64,000 bases of DNA from Laetmonice hystrix (taxonomy: Eukaryota), in contig OZ249448.1 in the NCBI GenBank assembly GCA_965235115.1, positions 20,956,001-21,020,000 of the forward strand. Reading direction: 5' to 3'. Numbering within the stretch: the stretch's first letter is position 1; the number at the start of each line of letters is the position of its first letter. Below the pieces are notes generated by a model, which saw nothing but the letters and a program-made list of their open reading frames with translations, had not been told where the DNA came from and searched no databases. Positions 59,181 through 64,000 of the stretch are shown here, in pieces. Both the position numbers and the translations under genes were made by a program.

Positions 59181-62100
59181 TGAAGAGACACATAGATGTC
59201 ATTCCGTGTGTGGCCGCTTCATACTCAGACTGGGTCCCTACATTTGTGGCTATAATCACATTAGGATAATCGGTTCACACACCGCTGACTTCAATTCTCT
59301 CTGGCTGAAGGGATGCTATAGAGATCAATTATAAGTAATAAACGCCCCAACGCTATCTACAACACGTTTATCTACTATCAGATTACCCCTCCATTTCAAT
59401 AAACCAACGCTTGGCTCTGACTGGACAAATCCTGCCGATAATTTCTGTACAGGCGCGGATCCATGAACGGGGGGCATATATATGGGGCACGTGCCCACTA
59501 AACCCTAACAAAACTGAATTCACAATAAGACACAAAATGACAGGGCCTGTCCGTTTGCCCCATGGATGGGGACACCGGTTTCATACAACTTTAGACTAAT
59601 ACAATTTCGGGATATTTCCAGGACATTTGACTTATTTTCCAGGACATTATTTTAATAAGTAAACTTCTTTATTGTCTGTTAAATATAATCTTATTAGATT
59701 ATGTCGGAACAAAAAGACCATCATGTCTAATGTTCAGGGTATTTCGAGACATTTTTTACTTTTTCATCGCCCCCGCCGTCAGAACCCAGATTTTTTTTCA
59801 GAAATATTAGCAAGATGGTGTTGTTAGTTATAATCTAGAGGGATTTCTTGTTTGAAATAGGCCAGAAACGCCTTTTACAGGGTATTCCAGCATTATTCCC
59901 CTGAAAATCCAGGATTTCCAGGACGCGTGCGAACTGAGAGCAGTCGTATGCCCTATTATAGCCTTCTGGATGCGCCCGACATGTATTTCTGTATATAATA
60001 TGATGTTTCTGCACATTTGAAAGTTAGAATTGTATCATGTTTGTACATGTATTTCTATGTTTTAAAACATCTATTTATTCCAATAGACCAGGCTTTCCTG
60101 CCTGAAGATGACAATTTAACGTCGACCCTTGACCGTTTCGGTGCTACACCTTAAACATGGAGCCGAACATTTTGTGAGTTAGGATTACAGATTGTTGCCT
60201 TCGCATGATCAATCACAAACCGTCACAACATGTGTTTATGAACGCCATTCACCTACCACGGATTTAAGTCGTCAATCAGGGCCAGTACAATAACTAGGGA
60301 AACGGGGCCGCCGGTCCTGGGAAGGGGCAAGGGGCAGGCTTCATAATAAACTCTCTTAACCCCATCCGTTTAGTGTCAGGTCTTCGCCTTTATTGCTTGA
60401 TATATCTATCTGGCGATCATAATAAAAATTGTATTAATATTTCTCTCTCATTACGTTACATCATCCATTTCATTCCACAGGGTCTGCCTTCTGTCAGCCA
60501 GAACGAGGCTGTAGGTCCCACTGGTTCCTATTGGTTCTCACTGGTTCCCATGGCGACAGGCACCTCCAGTCGGCACCGGGCTAGTCTGATTAGGGAACCA
60601 ATGCAATATCCTCAACTTCCTGATTAGTTTACCGCTGGGGGCAGCCACCGAGGTCGGGGTCAGGACTGGCCAATCGCTATGGTTGCCTGGCTGCAGCTCA
60701 TCCAAGTCCCCTCACAGGTGGCTAATGGCTGGTGCTTTGTGCAGCTGTACAGTACGCAGCCATAATTATGCCCCCGCAGAAACAAGTTTCATGTTTGTAC
60801 CGTTCCGTATGCGGACCACAGAATCTCCATTTTCAGGGTGGGACCATATAGAAGTATTATTCCTGTAGAATATTGTGTTTGTTGCTCGTTGGTCACCTCC
60901 GTCCGGTCTAGGCTCGCCGCGAGTTACTTCCTTCTATCCGAAAACAGTTGCTTTTCAGTGTCGGACTTCATTTAAATGATTTAATATTAAGATAGCTATT
61001 CCTATGCGCGTGATGTCATGGTCATTTTAAGGACTGCCGAGAGCCAATTGTGAAGTGAAGCCTTCTTTAAAGTACCATGGAACCGTGCCGATCACTGTTG
61101 TATATAATAGGCCTATGCCGCCTACTATAATGTCACGTAGGCTAGGCCCTACTATACAAACCTTGAAGTATTTACCTACCAACCTGTCTTAGTCCTTGCC
61201 TCGGCGCAGTTTATCCGCTCATGCGCCTTCCAAAGCGAGGCTGTCGGCTGATCTATTTATTTATAGATTAGTCTGAAGTTTGATCTCCACTTTCAGGTGG
61301 GTATGGTGGCGTTTGTTGTGTAGGCAAACACAGGTCCCACCGTTCAGTTTGTCTGTGAGGGGGTGGGGTGGGGGTGAGGTGGGTGGGGTGGGGGTGAGGT
61401 GGGTGGCTGTGAGCCCCCTACTTCACACGTGATCACATCGGGGCTCGCCGCTATACTATATGAACCCCAAGGTCAAATTTGGGGCACAGGAATACTTCTA
61501 TAAAATGTGAGAATACAAACCTTAGAAGGCGAGCAAAAACAAACATTAGGGTTAACTGAAAAAAGCGCATGTCTCAGCTGTCTGTTTCCTTTTTTCTCTC
61601 TTCTTTTTTCGCATGCCATTGAACTGTTGAAACTAATTCATGGTTATGCACTCTGACGCCCCCTATTGGTCGGTGTGTGTAAATGAAGGTGATGACGCCA
61701 CAAAGGGCTGCACAAACAACGTCATCCTGTGAGGTGAAACGGTGTGCATATTTAGACAGCAACATCCATAGTGAACTACTGTCAGTGGGCCTGTCTTTTA
61801 CCCTTTTTCACAATGACTGAATCTTACGTGCGGACGTGCAGACCTTCAAACAGGATGTTTTATTATGTATCACAGGGGACACTTTACTCCATTAGAAATT
61901 GACATTTCAACTATTTGAAGCGGTTTCAATTTCCAGCAATGATCAATTATTCAAGAAATCTCCTTAGAAGCAATGGCCCAGCAGTCTTTAATAGCCTCCG
62001 GCTGTTGATCTTCATTAAAGCCTCCATACTCTGGGCTCCAGTCGCTACCGTCCCGGGCGTGGGAAGTTGGTCAGTTACTTCCTTCAAGGACGTTGGGGTT

Positions 62101-63785
62101 TCCCTGAATATCTCAGTTGATATTAGACCTCTTCTCTACCCTTGCCATTGCTGAGCCAATCTCCAATCCAAAGCTTACATGATGTAATTTCTTAAGGTCT
62201 ACGTGATAATCACTACGAAGAAAGACAAATCACAAAAATCACGGTCTGCACTCCAGGCCGCCGACTAACCTGACATCAACCAATAAGCCAACTCTCTGCT
62301 ACAAACCAATCGATGCTAATCGTTTGCATTCAAAGGGCCTCTATCAGGAACAACGGATTTACATGTATGACATTTCAATCAGCAGGCGGTCCCCCCCCCC
62401 CCCCCCCGTTTCCATTGGCTGGCGGCCTGGGACAATTGATGCTTAGTTTGCGGAATGTTCACGCCGTCCGCGCCATCCGCGGGGCAAACACCGCAACCAC
62501 AGCGCCCCCTCGTGGTCTCCAGGATAGTCACGTGACCGCCCACCGATCTTTTCTTCACCAAGGTTCGAGTTTTGGGTCGAGTCGGGGCCACCAACCAGGC
62601 CTCGCGTCACAAACAGTGTTTGCCCAGATATCGTATTATAATTAACGTATTCGTTGATACTGCCCCACCCCCTCCCCAATCGTCACCCCCGTACAGTATT
62701 ACCCCCACTCCTGGTCACTGCCCGGCAGCTCAAGTTCACCTTATTGTATAGGTTATCCAACCTCTCCGCCATTCTGATGAATAAATCTACCTAAGACATG
62801 GCACGGGCACAACGAAAACGTCATTCTGGTGTTTGAACGAAGCAACTCAATGTGACATTATGACGTGTTGTGTTTGCACAGGGTATGAAGGTCAGGTATT
62901 TATTGTGGTATTTTTTGCCTGTCCTTGCAGGCGTTCCACCGATATCACGTGACACATAACGCGCCACCATCGGTGTCATTTTGCACTAAGAAACCGTTGT
63001 AACGCACTGCTGTGCAGTCAGAGGTGCCAATGATAGACGACGTCTAACGTTTCCCTTTCCGGCCAAAAGGTGCAGGTGAATGGAATGGATTTAGCATTGC
63101 TTGAGTCCACACAGGTATATAGGCCAGGCAAAGTAACTGCAAAGGATGCGCGCTTGCCAATTTGAGAGATGAAAGAGCTGCCAACCAACCGTGGGATAGA
63201 GACGTCATGTGAGACGACAACCCCCCACCCCCACCCTCACCCCACCCCCCGCCCCACCTCTATACGGCCACTCGATATCACAAGTTGACGGCCTACTGCA
63301 TCGTGATAAAACCTTCATACTGCACTGCTACCTGAAGCCGGTCATGGAGGAGACTGTACGCTGCCTCGGTTATTATGGTACCACTCGGTCTGATGGTGAA
63401 GTTGGCTCGGTGTAACTTGGCTTCATTCTGAATTTTAAGTGTATTACGATTCATTCAATACAACGCAACATGTTTTATTTCAGTAATCTTACTGCGAAAA
63501 AATGACAGCTTTCAATTGTCACGCATTCGGGGGCATTATGATAATTTTGTCAAGTTTCTAACTACATTATCCTATTTTCTTAGAATAATTTAATTTTTCA
63601 ACACTAATTTGTAATAATCAAGCAGAAGAAGCTAAACTAGCAATTCGATCTCTACGTACATGTATGTATGCATGCATGAGATCACATGCTATAGGTCTAT
63701 CTTCCTATTTGTACCAACCCTTGTGATTCAAAGAAAGCTGAAACGTTTCCCTGCCTTCTATACATGCATTGGTAAACCAAGAGGA

Positions 63786-63900
63786 CACAGTTCCTAACCC
63801 CTGGAACCAAAAAACGCAATATGTACAGTTCCTAACCCCTGGAACCAAAAAACGCAATATGTACAGTTCCTAACCCCTGGAACCAAAAAACGCAATCTGT
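63786..63900. repeat. ~38-bp tandem repeat (3 copies)
   Basis: Unit ACAGTTCCTAACCCCTGGAACCAAAAAACGCAATATGT. Confidence 0.85.
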
Positions 63901-64000
63901 AACGTGGAACTTGCCAAGCGTCGAGGTTCGAGCCGTCGTCAGTCTCGACTCCTGGTCCCAGGATACACAAACATCCCGAGTGTTAGCTGGACGAGTGAAT

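Noticed and set aside
61361-61410. G-quadruplex-prone GGGGT repeat and many poly-G/C runs
   Set aside because: Such runs are common throughout the window, mostly inside MITEs, and nothing points to a specific function.
60373-63415. Short ORFs and possible small exons near the window end
   Set aside because: I found no recognisable motif or consistent exon chain. The missing HPDE-type 5' exon of the GT22 gene was searched for and not found.

Overview
This is intron-rich animal genomic DNA with two N gaps, probably from a marine invertebrate. I reconstructed the genes by hand from GT-AG sites and codon phase. They are: a partial SLC13 Na+/anion cotransporter (-); two convergent 12-exon gamma-glutamyl transpeptidase paralogues, GGT-A (+) and GGT-B (-); a folate-receptor/riboflavin-binding-protein-like gene and a truncated histone H2B orphon between them; a gene (-) that appears to join a degenerate beta-1,4-galactosyltransferase (GT7) domain to an intact Sulfotransfer_2 (CHST) domain; a double-hotdog thioesterase ending in the PTS1 signal AKL; and a PIG-B-like GT22 mannosyltransferase with a TPR-like tail. 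Many DNA-transposon derivatives, LINE fragments and a SINE-like array are also present. Three observations stand out. (1) At least five minisatellites have a repeat unit that spans a real splice junction, so they multiply donor or acceptor sites 5-23 times. (2) The GT7-CHST fusion is phase-compatible throughout. (3) GGT-B has lost the acidic residues that bind the glutamyl alpha-amino group (NNEMDDFS to NNAMAAFS). All family assignments come from motif recognition; no database searches were run.
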